From contig BROI01000025.1 in NCBI GenBank assembly GCA_027923505.1, positions 310,001-374,000 of the forward strand: DNA of 64,000 nucleotides. The letters run 5' to 3'. Numbering within the stretch: position 1 is the first letter of the stretch; each line of letters begins with the position of its first letter. Made by a program: the position numbers and the translations under genes. Shown piece after piece: positions 21,172-32,115 of this stretch. The notes below the pieces were generated by a model. It saw only the letters and a program-made list of their open reading frames with translations, did not search any database and was not told the DNA's origin. The stretch is from Mayamaea pseudoterrestris (taxonomy: Eukaryota).

Positions 21172-22674
21172 CTACGCATGGTCGAGGAGCGGTCGTTCAT
21201 CGTCCATTATCTCTTCATAATCTTCATCAAGAACTTCGTCGTCGTAATGGTATGCCTTTGACCGAATGAAACAATGCGAGACTGACTTGCACCAAACAAG
21301 AGCCAAGACAAACGTTAGCAGCGAGTGCAGGTACTGCACTCGGAGGTCGAGTATGAGATCGGTCAGGACCCATGAAACATTCACACCCACTAGTGCCCCC
21401 ACGGCAAAACCGCACTCAAGCTGCAGCATGGCATCATGTAAAAGCGACGTAACCAGCTCATTCTGAACATGGCCATTGCGGCTCTTGTATGTGATATTGA
21501 CAAGGCTGCGAGCAAACACGAGAACTGCAATGCCCATGCCACTCGTCACAGCCGACCAAAGCAAGCTAAACATCAACGCTGACTTGTGGTTCTGCGAAAG
21601 GTCGACTGCCCAAAGCAAAAGGTATGTGACGCTTTCCTGCGACTTGAACTCGCCAAGCAAAAAATTGGCTCCCAATGAGCTAAACTGAATGTAAAAGCCA
21701 ATCAACACTCCCAAGAATATGCTTTCGTACTTGAATAGCTTCAAGTCCAACAAGATTGGATGACTGTTACAGACATCATCCTCGTCATTGTAGAACACTT
21801 GCTCGTCGGTTTCATTGTACAAGAGCAAGGGCTGATTGGGACTGTAGCCGTCAGCCTCTTCGTCGGCATGAGCCTCGCCGCTAACACTTTGCGGCCTACT
21901 CGTCGTCAAGTCATCAACAGCATTCGACGAAAAGCAACAGCGCGAAACTAGCTTGCACCATAGCAGTGCCGCCGCCATGGTCAAGAGCGACTGCAAGCTG
22001 TGTGCCCGCAGTCCCATCCAAACGTCCGTGCAGGTCCAACTCATGCACACGCCCACCAAGGTGCCAACGGCAAAATAAGTTTCCAAGTTTCGCATGAGCG
22101 TCGACACCGATGGAGCAGTGCTATTCTGATTGCCAGCAGCCGCCAAAGTGACAAGCGATCGCAGTATCAAAAGCACCATGACGCCCATGAGTGCCGTCAG
22201 TAGGGACCACAACAAGCTAAAGCCAAGAACATGTGCCGTTCGATGTTGCGGATCAATGCCGCGCAAGTCCATGTCATAGCCAGAAGCAATATTCGTTCCG
22301 TCATTGTACAGCTCCGAAAGCAAGTAATTGGCGCCGAGCGATGACAATTGAATGAATGAGCCAACAACAAGTCCAGCGAGAGCGCAGAGTGCTTGATACG
22401 TCTTGAGCGAAAATAATGCTTGCTCAATGGCGTGGCGCGTGCCAGCGTGCGCGTCAATGCAAATGCTTCCCAAAGAGCTGCTAGCTTCGTCGAAATTTGC
22501 ATTTTTGGATGGCATAAAGTAAGGGACAGCCGTACAAATGACGAGTGGAGGAGCTTGTTGCTGGATGGTTAATTCGTCAATGAAGCACATTGAGTCGTCG
22601 TCGGCTGTGATGGAGGCAGACATCAATGCATGGGTGTCACCTTCTGGTTCCATTCTCTTGCTTGTTTGGTTCAT
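21172..22674 (-). CDS. Multi-pass membrane protein built from two homologous ~4-TM repeats
   Basis: Repeated motif pairs GLVVGSFIQLSSLGANYLL / GVLIGFYIQFSSLGANFLL, FSLLWSLLT / FSLLWSAVT, LETYFAVGTLVGV / LECGFAVGALVGV. Start codon uncertain. Confidence 0.75.
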   Translation of the reverse strand: MNQTSKRMEPEGDTHALMSASITADDDSMCFIDELTIQQQAPPLVICTAVPYFMPSKNANFDEASSSLGSICIDAHAGTRHAIEQALFSLKTYQALCALAGLVVGSFIQLSSLGANYLLSELYNDGTNIASGYDMDLRGIDPQHRTAHVLGFSLLWSLLTALMGVMVLLILRSLVTLAAAGNQNSTAPSVSTLMRNLETYFAVGTLVGVCMSWTCTDVWMGLRAHSLQSLLTMAAALLWCKLVSRCCFSSNAVDDLTTSRPQSVSGEAHADEEADGYSPNQPLLLYNETDEQVFYNDEDDVCNSHPILLDLKLFKYESIFLGVLIGFYIQFSSLGANFLLGEFKSQESVTYLLLWAVDLSQNHKSALMFSLLWSAVTSGMGIAVLVFARSLVNITYKSRNGHVQNELVTSLLHDAMLQLECGFAVGALVGVNVSWVLTDLILDLRVQYLHSLLTFVLALVWCKSVSHCFIRSKAYHYDDEVLDEDYEEIMDDERPLLDHA

Positions 22675-23479
22675 AAATTTGCTATTTCGTTGAGTCCGAA
22701 CTGTTGCTTCCGGTTCGATATAGCTTGTTGTAACTTGTTTGCTTGAAAATGAGGTGCCTGGAAACTCCTTTGCTTTGTTGACTACTAGAGCAGCTGCAAA
22801 TTGACTTTGGTATTTGTAACGTCCACGCTCAAAGCTGCAAGAGTGTCCGACCGAAACGGTCGACTCAACACTTATTTCGTTGTCGGTTGAGGTGCACCAA
22901 AGGTGCACGTTGTGTAGTGGGAAAGGTAGTGGCACCTGCCGGTATCAATGCAAGACAAGGCTTGCGACATCTCGGATGAATCAACTCTTCACGCATGCGC
23001 ATTAGCTCCCTTGACAGTTCGTGTTATTTAGTCGCGAAACAAGGCATCCTTTAATCCAGTTCGCTAACAACTACCAGTTTGTTTCCATGCAAATTAAAGC
23101 ACAAAGACAGTGAGCGATGCAGGAAAATTATGATGGAAGCTCGCCCGGCTCGTTGTCAGTGACGGAAGGACAATACATAGAGTGCACAACCACGACACGA
23201 GGATTTCATTCCCGCTGCTGTCATAACTATTATTAAAAGTGTACAAACATGCTGGCTGACTCACTTCAACGGCCATGTGGGATCTTCGAATTCTTCCGTC
23301 TCACAAATTCGTTCGGTTCCGGCGTTCGACGAGGAGGAAGGACAGATTCAACGCGAGACGTTCACTCTCTCTTGCTTGATCCTGCGATAGCAACACTGCT
23401 TCGCTTTCTCATGACTTGTCGTTAGAATCCACAATCATTTAATTGCGGCCCGGAATCTCCCACCAAACTTCGCTTCACC

Positions 23480-24373
23480 ATGGACGACATGTTTGAGATG
23501 AACCAGGACAACATTTTTGTCGGCAGCAGCTCTTCTCGAAAGGTTTTGTTTCCAAGCGCTGCCGCCGGGCATAACTCACCAAGGTCAACTATCAAGCCAC
23601 TCAACTTTGATACAGACTATGACGACGACTGTCCGCTCGCACCCGTCCTGATCAATGACGACCCGCCACCAATGAGTCTTCCGCCGCAGTTTGCCTTGCA
23701 GATTCTGTTCCAGACGCTCGCAGAAATCAAGGAGGAAGATATGCCTTTTGAGTCTCGCGACGATTGTCTTGGAGGCACGAAATCGAGACGTTCAACGATT
23801 CTTACGAAAGCTTCTGTCATTGCCCCACTTGGTGCTGCCCTCGATAGTCTTCAAGGCAATGAGCGACGATTTCTTTTGCCGCTGGTGCACCAAAAACTCT
23901 ACAATTTGAAATGTCTGGCTACAGGAGGATCAAGTGCATTGCAGGGCCAAGATTTGGCGCGACTGCTGGCTCTACAAGAGGCCGCAGGTCCGCGATGGAA
24001 AGTGGCGATTGTACGCGTCAAGCGCGTCGTGTCGACAGAAAGTGACGATGAAGACGAATTTAGCAGAAGCAGCCATGGTGGCATGCAGCAGGATGAAGAG
24101 AATGATGACGGATATGCCGCCAGTCGACTCTTTGTTGACAAGCTCGTTCACTGGACCGGCAAACGTCCGGTCGACGTGTGCTGGTTTAACCTTGGCCTGC
24201 ATTCCGTTGAGGATGGAGGCATTGTATTGGAAACGGAGCAGCAAGTCGAGTGTGGAGACATGTGGACGGAGCGTGCATCGACTGCGAACGGTGACATGGT
24301 ATATGAAACGTACATGCTGGCGTTCTACGACAAACAAATCAAGAAGAACAAGTTCACTTGGCTCAAGTACTAG
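23480..24373 (+). CDS. Hypothetical protein
   Basis: 297-aa ORF with coding-like composition; no family recognised. Confidence 0.6.
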   Translation: MDDMFEMNQDNIFVGSSSSRKVLFPSAAAGHNSPRSTIKPLNFDTDYDDDCPLAPVLINDDPPPMSLPPQFALQILFQTLAEIKEEDMPFESRDDCLGGTKSRRSTILTKASVIAPLGAALDSLQGNERRFLLPLVHQKLYNLKCLATGGSSALQGQDLARLLALQEAAGPRWKVAIVRVKRVVSTESDDEDEFSRSSHGGMQQDEENDDGYAASRLFVDKLVHWTGKRPVDVCWFNLGLHSVEDGGIVLETEQQVECGDMWTERASTANGDMVYETYMLAFYDKQIKKNKFTWLKY

Positions 24374-24640
24374 TGATGAGTGATCAATGATACGCTGTTA
24401 CATGTAAAGCGTGTACTAACTTTCACATCAACGTAAATTACATTTGCATTATGCAAGTCTCAAGAGCTTGCCCTTTCTGTGGACTTGATCGCTCGTTGCG
24501 ACGATATGAATTGGTACCGACTCTTTCATGTATGGGCCATTACGCTGTCAGATCGGATGGGATACATGTGAGTACAAAACACTATTACATATCTAGGTTT
24601 TTTTACAAATTAGGAGTCATCTCAACTTCGTCAGCATTAA

Positions 24641-25832
24641 TCACGCCGCCATGAAAGTTGTCAAGCGAATTAGAGTAATGAGCACAGGCTCTATGACAAG
24701 CTCATCGTCTTGGTAGCGGTAACAAATGGGTCCGAGCGCGTCCACCAGCCAACACCGCGATAGCTTGGACAAGACACGCAAGTCATCCGACATGCTCAAG
24801 GCGTAACATGTCCCGCACACCATGGCCATCAAGTCTCTGTTGCGCGAGTGCTGCAGCAAGAGTCGCACGAGGCATGAGACCGTCTTGGTTTTCATGACAA
24901 GGTGACGCTTTGCCTCACCACTACCTTTGGCCAAGTGCCACAATATACCGCACACCGCCATGAGATTTGTTGACTCGGTCACCGTTGAGCGACATGAAAC
25001 CAAGACTTTGAGCACTGGCTTGATGCAGTCGAGCATGCTTGCCGATTCATAGTTGGCAACGACACACATGTTGACCAAAAACCTCATCAACTGACATGAC
25101 AAGCTTGTAATGTCAACATGCTCATCGTGAATGTGCATGACTGTCTTCATGACCGCGAAAATGCCTTGGTCAACGAGCGCTCGACAGAATCCAAAGTGCT
25201 GCTGCTTGCACAAGCTGAAAAGCAAGCTCAGAATGGACGTAACAATTTTGGGTCGCGCCATATGCATGCAAATGGCCGTGACAATATGTACATGAACCTC
25301 CTGCGTGTCAGTGAACAAGCGAGGATTGACCAGCTTGGCCAATACGGAGAGTGCATGAGTTTGAATGAGCGCGTGTTGTGCAAAGTTTTGCATGGCAAAA
25401 ACGAGAATATCCACCAAGTGGGATCGCATGAGACTGGCCTTTAGATCATCCAGCTGCTGGTGGGACATGCGTAGATGCCAAAAGTCATGGCCAGGACTAG
25501 TGTTTCGCAAAGATTCCGTCTGGATGCGAACAACATGCAGCAGTAGATTGCAGCCAAGCGCCTGAATGGCTAGTGAATGCGAAAAAGCGCAACATCTGAT
25601 CAAGCACATCTTCAAAGCCCTCCTCATTGATGAATGAACGAAACTTTTCCCGGTCTTTGATTGCTCGAAAGTTATTGCGCAGCTCCTTGATAACACCATG
25701 TTCGAGTGACTTGTCGTCGTCTTGGTCGGCTTCCATAAAATGCATCGAAACGTCAAGGAGATGAGCCGACTCGCTTTGTGAAGAGTTGCTTGACGCTACT
25801 GTTGCTGTTGATAGTGAATGCGAGGAAGACAT
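24641..25832 (-). pseudogene. Armadillo-like repeat protein with a 1-nt frameshift
   Basis: N-terminal ORF MSSSHS...EDVLDQMLRF joins the frame SHSLAIQALGCNLL... if one T is removed from the T5 run at 25586-25582. ARM-like repeats such as VFAMQNFAQHALIQTHALSVL follow. Confidence 0.7.
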
Positions 25833-26559
25833 GCTGCTTGTTCAATGTTTTGCATACCTTTTTGGAACGTTTGCAGTGGATGTGAACATTGTGAATCGAA
25901 ACGACCGACGCGAATTGGTGCGCGAGGAACACTTGCTCGTCCAGCTTCGCGTTCTTGACCCTAGCATTTGTGAATCACAGTCGTTCGTTTTCATTCCCAT
26001 TGAAGAAAAGCGACATGTCCCGCTAGTTGAAAGTGGAGGCCCCTATTGCTTGTCCATACCACTGCCAAACAGTAGACACAGTAAAATTGACAACTTTACA
26101 TATAGATGATGATTTTGTATGTCAAGATTAACTCGCGCTGCCATTTAACTCGCATGTCGCTCCATCACGCTTCGTCATATTCAGTCCCACTAAGACGCGT
26201 GCTCACTGACGTGGCACCATGTGCCATGCGCGCCGGCCAGTCTTGTCAAACCCTGCGTGCACCATGGCGCGGCGGTCTCGGAGTCACGCGTCATTGCGCC
26301 TCATTTTTGGTGCGGTTCAATTGCATTTGCGACGTGGTTGGCGGCAGAGTCTTGGTCGATGGAGAGAGACGAGCAGCAGCAAGAGGAAAAAAGAGTATTA
26401 GAGAACTTGTGCAAGTAGACGCAACAAAGACGAAGCTCGCGTTGGGTCGCATTCAGCACTGCTGTAGCTACAAAGACAAACGGATTTAGCTCGACTAAAC
26501 AGTGAAGGAGATATATCCGATTCCATTCGCATATATTATTTAAACGCCTTTTTTGCAAA

Positions 26560-29250
26560 ATGTTTTTCTTTCGAGGCAAAGACAATCAACGCAAGAGCAA
26601 CAAGGCTGCTCATAGAAACGGACGCCGCTTCTTTAGCAACAACTCGACTGCAGTCCCATCCGGAGGACCACCCATTGTGCAAAACAACTCGAACACCACA
26701 GCAAACTCTGATCAAGACGTTGTCGACGATGACTTGGAGCAACTGAGGGAATCACCAATCGCCATGGCGTGGATGCAGCACCGCGAAAAGTATCATCAGC
26801 AGCAGGAATTTTTGCGCAAGCAGCAGCAGTCACCGCAACATGCGCCGCTGTCGCTCCTCCTTCCGTCTCCACCGGCGCGCACCGATCAGTCGAGCACCGA
26901 TACACTTCCGAGTCGATTGAGCCATAATTCCAATGATGCCATTTGTCATAGTCCGAAAACGGCAGAATCCGGTTCCGACAATGCCTCGCACAATAGTGGG
27001 TCCTTGGCGTCGGACTTTACGCCCATTGTCACGAATGGAGCCTACCAGCAGAGGCAGCAGCAAGCTGGAGACGACTCGAGTACGCTGGCTTCCAATGAGC
27101 AACTGTCCGTGCAGCAGCCGCAATTGCTGGAAGAGGGAGAAGAGTATGATGATGCTGACAAGGCTGTTGTGGATGCAGAGGACGGACACGAAACGGTCGA
27201 GTCGTCCTCCTCCTCGTCCAATTCGCCCACCACGATTCCTCACGAACCAATGGTTGCTGCCGCAGCGGGAACTGCCGATGCATCAGACACGCCGCAGCCG
27301 TCACTGCTGCCGTCAAGGTCTGGCGATACGTCATCCAGTGGAAGCAGCAGCACGGATATCGTGAGTCATGCGGCGGTGGCGTCTGCGGGTTCATCGTCGC
27401 TGCAGCATGCAACACTGCGAAAATCGAATAGAAGGGGTTATCTTTCGACAAGTAACGTCAGCAACAAAACAAAGGCACTAAACAGTGACAATGACGATCG
27501 CCGGAGACCATGGTGGTGCTGTCGGTCGACCAAGCACTTGCTTCTATGTCTCTTGTTGCTTCTCCTGCTTGCGATTGGTATCATTGTTGCGTCTGTATAT
27601 GCAAGCCGCCGTAACAACAAGACGCAGACGGAACCCAGTAGCTCAAAGTCTGCGCCATTTGGCAATGCGAACGACAGTGGCTTGGAACAAGCTGGCGACA
27701 ATGGTAGTTCAGGCAATGCAAGTGACAGTGGCTCTGAACAAGCTGGAGACAATGGTACGTCTGGAAATGGCGACAATACTGGCATTGGAAACGCTACCCA
27801 GACTGACAGCGGAGACAGAAACCAAGCAAGCAACAATACAGTCGTGCAGCTTCCTCCCGTTGACATGACGACGAACGAACCTACGGCTGCACCCACTGTG
27901 CGATCGACGCCACTTCCTACGAATGGCCCCACGTTTACTGCCAATGCAGCTTCCCTCGTGGAAACGTCAACCACAAAAATGGTGCAGGGCCGTGCAGCCC
28001 GGGAGGCCTTTGGCGCCGGATTGGCGATTTCGGGTGATGGAACGGTCATGGCGGTGGGAGCGCCAAAGGCGTCAGTCCAGCTAATGGATGCTACATCCAC
28101 CACGGGCACGACAGTCCAAGATTACGCTGGTATCGTGTCGGTTTACCGGTTATCGCAAACAGCGATTAATGCTACGTCATCCACTGATCGATGGGAGCAG
28201 CAGGGTGACTTGCTACTTGGTTCCGCGAGCAGTGACTACTTTGGAACAGCCGTTGCCATGAACTACGACGGGTCAATGATTGTCGTTGGTGAGCCCGGCC
28301 ATGACGGAAATGGTGACCGGTCAGGGCAAGTTCGAGCATTTATCACTGCCGGTACTGATGAGAACGGCGTTGCCGTGTACAAGCAGTTTGGACAATCCTT
28401 GGTAGGCTCTGTTGCTACGGCTTGCTTTGGATCGGCGGTTGCAGCGAGTCAAAATGGATATCGTATCGCAGTTGGAGCACCGTACTACTCGGGCGACATG
28501 ACTATGCAAGGGCAAGTATCCGTATACGAGTTTATAAACGGGCAGTGGCAGATACTGGGCGAACCGCTGATTGGACTGGGCCAGTTTGACTGGCTTGGGA
28601 CAGCGATTGATTTGTCGCCCGATGGGAGCGTGCTCGTGGCAAGTGCGCCGCATGATTCAAGCAACAACGGATATGTTCTTGCGTGGCAGTGGGATGGATC
28701 TACTTGGAACCAGCTGGGAGGTAATGGCATGGTTAATTCCTTGTCTCCAGCCACGTCCTCTGATCGATTCGGTCAATCCGTTTCCATATCAGAGAACGGC
28801 GTTAATAGCTATCGCGTTGCCATTGGCGTTCCATCCAAGCAGGTGGGAGACATTTCATCAGCTGGAGTAGTCTTGGTGTACGAATACAGCATTGATGAAT
28901 TCAAATGGAAGCGAATAGCTGATCCCGTTTACAATGCTGTGCAAGGTGAAGAGTTTGGATCTTCCGTCAAGTTGGCTAGTTACGGTGCCAATCTCGTCAT
29001 CGGTGCTCCTGGATACAACATGCGCGTTGGGTCTGTTTCCTTCTTCTTTATTGACTCGATCACCGACCTCTGGGTAAAGTCACAGCCAGATGTGAAGGGT
29101 ACGAACGCCTTGGACGAGTTTGGTAGCTCTATTGCGATTGCTGGCTCTCAAATCAATGGGCAAGAGATGAGTGTCGCCATTGGAGCCGCAGCTGAGAAAA
29201 GTACACAACCAGGCTATGTATTGAGCTGGACACAGCAAAGTGTCCGATGA
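26560..29250 (+). CDS. Type II membrane protein with extracellular FG-GAP/integrin-alpha-like beta-propeller
   Basis: Disordered N-terminus, poly-Leu TM, PT-rich stalk, then about 7 FG.(A/S)V(A/S)...G....VGAP repeats. Confidence 0.85.
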   Translation: MFFFRGKDNQRKSNKAAHRNGRRFFSNNSTAVPSGGPPIVQNNSNTTANSDQDVVDDDLEQLRESPIAMAWMQHREKYHQQQEFLRKQQQSPQHAPLSLLLPSPPARTDQSSTDTLPSRLSHNSNDAICHSPKTAESGSDNASHNSGSLASDFTPIVTNGAYQQRQQQAGDDSSTLASNEQLSVQQPQLLEEGEEYDDADKAVVDAEDGHETVESSSSSSNSPTTIPHEPMVAAAAGTADASDTPQPSLLPSRSGDTSSSGSSSTDIVSHAAVASAGSSSLQHATLRKSNRRGYLSTSNVSNKTKALNSDNDDRRRPWWCCRSTKHLLLCLLLLLLLAIGIIVASVYASRRNNKTQTEPSSSKSAPFGNANDSGLEQAGDNGSSGNASDSGSEQAGDNGTSGNGDNTGIGNATQTDSGDRNQASNNTVVQLPPVDMTTNEPTAAPTVRSTPLPTNGPTFTANAASLVETSTTKMVQGRAAREAFGAGLAISGDGTVMAVGAPKASVQLMDATSTTGTTVQDYAGIVSVYRLSQTAINATSSTDRWEQQGDLLLGSASSDYFGTAVAMNYDGSMIVVGEPGHDGNGDRSGQVRAFITAGTDENGVAVYKQFGQSLVGSVATACFGSAVAASQNGYRIAVGAPYYSGDMTMQGQVSVYEFINGQWQILGEPLIGLGQFDWLGTAIDLSPDGSVLVASAPHDSSNNGYVLAWQWDGSTWNQLGGNGMVNSLSPATSSDRFGQSVSISENGVNSYRVAIGVPSKQVGDISSAGVVLVYEYSIDEFKWKRIADPVYNAVQGEEFGSSVKLASYGANLVIGAPGYNMRVGSVSFFFIDSITDLWVKSQPDVKGTNALDEFGSSIAIAGSQINGQEMSVAIGAAAEKSTQPGYVLSWTQQSVR
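27661..27762 (+). repeat. 51-bp tandem duplication in coding sequence (GNANDSGLEQAGDNGSS / GNASDSGSEQAGDNGTS)
   Basis: Two imperfect 51-nt units read directly from the sequence. Confidence 0.85.
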
Positions 29251-29425
29251 TAGTACCAGCAAGCGCCAGTTAAATGATGCTAAATGAGTGCATGATATGT
29301 TAAAGTTAGAGAACAGTAAATTACAGTAATTGTACCTTAGGGACATAATTTTCGCCTGAATCTATAAAAAAAGTCTCAAAAAATGGATGCATCGCTTATG
29401 CATGCCTCCATTGCTCCACTAGACG

Positions 29426-30583
29426 CTACGATAGATCAAACTCCAAAGTCGTTCGAATTCCAAAATGGTCAGACAAGAATAGCGTCTTGGTGCCGGCGCG
29501 CGGGCGATGAGCCACCAAACCAAACGATTTCACCTTGACGGAGAGTGGGCGGGGATGCCGCTTTGGCGAATCATACTCGTGGTAGTAAAAGCGGTCGTAG
29601 CGCTGCAGCATTTGCGTCGTTTCGTTTCCATGATAATTGTTCCAGTAATCTTTCTGTCCTTGGTGAGTAGCCCCATCTAGCGTTTCGTCCAAGTGGTTGA
29701 CCGTGTCCCAAGTAAATTGCGTGTTTACTACATCGCCATCATTCGCAGCGGCGTACTGCACCCACACATCCTGCCAGCCCGAAGCTTGAAGTAGCCGCTG
29801 CTCCTCTTGGTTCACTGCCGTCGATTCGCGCAGGTTCGTATCGCCTCCCAGTAGCAAGAGTCGCGGAGCTAATAGAGACGAAGGTGTAGTTGCCAACGCG
29901 GCGTGTTTCGTTGCAGCTATTAGCAGTTGCTCCAGCTGATCGCGACGCTTGCCAATCAAGCGAGACGACGGATTCAAGTGTACTGCGGCAATGTCCAGTG
30001 TCAAAACTGGAATGTTACTGCTGCCAGTGCCAGGTATCTGTAGCGTCGCGAGGACGGCTGGAATGTGGTCTGGAAGATTGACGATCGATGCGTGCGACGC
30101 GAGATCCTGGCGTACAAGGTGCAGAATGAAACCCTTGTGCGACGGTCTTGACCCCATGAGTATGAATGATTCATTGAAAGGATTGAAAGTCGCGTGAGGA
30201 CCTTCCTGAAGAAGAATAATGTGCGGATCAGATGCCAAAAGCTCCGAGCGAAGTGCTTGCATCTGATCGTCGGCAGTCCAGGAATGCGGAGCTGAAGCAG
30301 AAGGGCGACATCGCGCAATATTCATGGAGACCATACGAAGCTCAATCTTCTCGGGAAATATCGGGTTTCCGTCATCTTCTTCATTGTCAAAATCATATTG
30401 AAAACCTGCACCTTGCCGCATCCGTCGAAACAAGAGAACAAGGAGGATGAATCCGACGACAAGCCATAGCAGTTTTCGCTGAAACGTTCCAACCCTAGTT
30501 GTAGACCACCAATTAGGTCCAACGGTGATCGATGATCGAAAGCGGCGACTTTTTTCATTGCTCGCTCTTGTCAGAGGCCTCAT
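29426..30583 (-). CDS. Endonuclease/exonuclease/phosphatase (EEP, TDP2-like) with N-terminal signal anchor
   Basis: SMNI, ILLQE, VHL, GGDTNLRE, WQDVW, FTWD, RYDRFY, FLSDHFG motifs; TM LLWLVVGFILLVLLF. Confidence 0.85.
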   Translation of the reverse strand: MRPLTRASNEKSRRFRSSITVGPNWWSTTRVGTFQRKLLWLVVGFILLVLLFRRMRQGAGFQYDFDNEEDDGNPIFPEKIELRMVSMNIARCRPSASAPHSWTADDQMQALRSELLASDPHIILLQEGPHATFNPFNESFILMGSRPSHKGFILHLVRQDLASHASIVNLPDHIPAVLATLQIPGTGSSNIPVLTLDIAAVHLNPSSRLIGKRRDQLEQLLIAATKHAALATTPSSLLAPRLLLLGGDTNLRESTAVNQEEQRLLQASGWQDVWVQYAAANDGDVVNTQFTWDTVNHLDETLDGATHQGQKDYWNNYHGNETTQMLQRYDRFYYHEYDSPKRHPRPLSVKVKSFGLVAHRPRAGTKTLFLSDHFGIRTTLEFDLS

Positions 30584-31051
30584 TTGAATTGAAATCCATC
30601 GCCATCGTAATCACATCATTTTGGAATCGTGGCGCGACACGTCCAAAGTCGGACCGGTACCGGCTGCTGATCCAAGCAAGGTTCGATGGCCGCCCAAAAA
30701 GGTGATAAAACAGCCACACTGGTATAGTCATCGAGACTGCATTGTTGTGCCGTTAACTTCAATAGGCGTCGGCTGTTACGCAATAGCATACAGTAGTATA
30801 ACTATGCAGTTGGCATTGATCTGCGGAGGGACTGCGACGAGACACTTTGCAACAAGGTTTTGCCACGATTCTACATCGTGACGGGCATAATAAAGCGACT
30901 ATTCCGCCAGAGTAAAGCAATAGTAATCTGTCGCATAATGATCTTGCCAAGTACGTTTTATGCATTTTGATTGGCCAAGACAATCATCGTCATGACTTGG
31001 TTTTTGCTATGCCCTAAATCGTGTTGATTCCCAATTTTCGAGTCGTCCGCA

Positions 31052-31603
31052 ATGCATCCTTCACATAATTTCCGACGCTCATCTTTTATAGAGGGTGCCA
31101 ATCCTCCCCGACAAGCCAACAAACCTGACATGTTTGATCCATCTTCCTATAAGAATGAGCGAGCTCCGGTTCAGCCTCAGCGTCAACAGAGCCTGAGCAA
31201 CCATTCCCAAGACGAGGAGGATGAATTTGATTTCGACGCATTGATCCAGATGCAGCCGAAACAACATGAATCAGGCGCCAACTACATGATCGGCAGCGAC
31301 AGCTATTCGTTCTTGTCATGCAGCATGGCATCAATTCAAGTTAACGACTTGTTAAACTCGAGTGTCGCCAGCCTCGACCACAGCACCAACAACCACCATG
31401 ACCATTTGAACTTGTCCGTTTCCAAACTCGACGCACCCTGCACACCCCAGCCACGCATCGCTCCGTCGCGAGGCGGCCTGCGTCGAACCAAGGGTGTCAT
31501 GATGCGATCCTGCACGAATCGCTCGCCTTTGCAGCAGCATTTGCGCTCGGACTGCAGCAATTTTCGGTCACTTGAACTGCAAACTTTGGATCGAGAGTTT
31601 TAA
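31052..31603 (+). CDS. Hypothetical low-complexity protein
   Basis: 183-aa isolated ORF, Ser/Asp-rich. Confidence 0.5.
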   Translation: MHPSHNFRRSSFIEGANPPRQANKPDMFDPSSYKNERAPVQPQRQQSLSNHSQDEEDEFDFDALIQMQPKQHESGANYMIGSDSYSFLSCSMASIQVNDLLNSSVASLDHSTNNHHDHLNLSVSKLDAPCTPQPRIAPSRGGLRRTKGVMMRSCTNRSPLQQHLRSDCSNFRSLELQTLDREF

Positions 31604-32115
31604 TAATGAATTTAGTCCATGCAAGATCCAACAAGAGCTATACACTGAAAGTTGAGGACAACTGATGCCTCCTAATGCGAGCATGTCACTGGGTGCACGA
31701 ACAGGGGAACCTACTTGCTTTTGCGATTGTCTATATGTCTCGACACTCTGGCGATAGTAAAGCTATTTTAACTTTGCTAAGGAACAGTCAATTATATATA
31801 GAATACCAAATCTGATCCAGGTACTGCACTTATCTGTGTCCAACTTAACAGTTAAATAGGAGAAGACGTACATTAGCCTGCTCAGAAATCGACCGTAAGT
31901 GCTACATGTATACCTGTCCTGTGAATACCACCAAACAGTTCGAGTACATTAGGAAGGTTTAGATCCCATGCTCGTTTACCCCATTATCAGTTTGAGCCGG
32001 ATAAGTAGTACAGGTCATACATTTTCAACTACGGGTAGCTGGCCGATTTCGTGAAAATCGAGTCGCACCACCATCACATTGGAATCGGATTCGTTCACCG
32101 CTCATTACGCAAACA

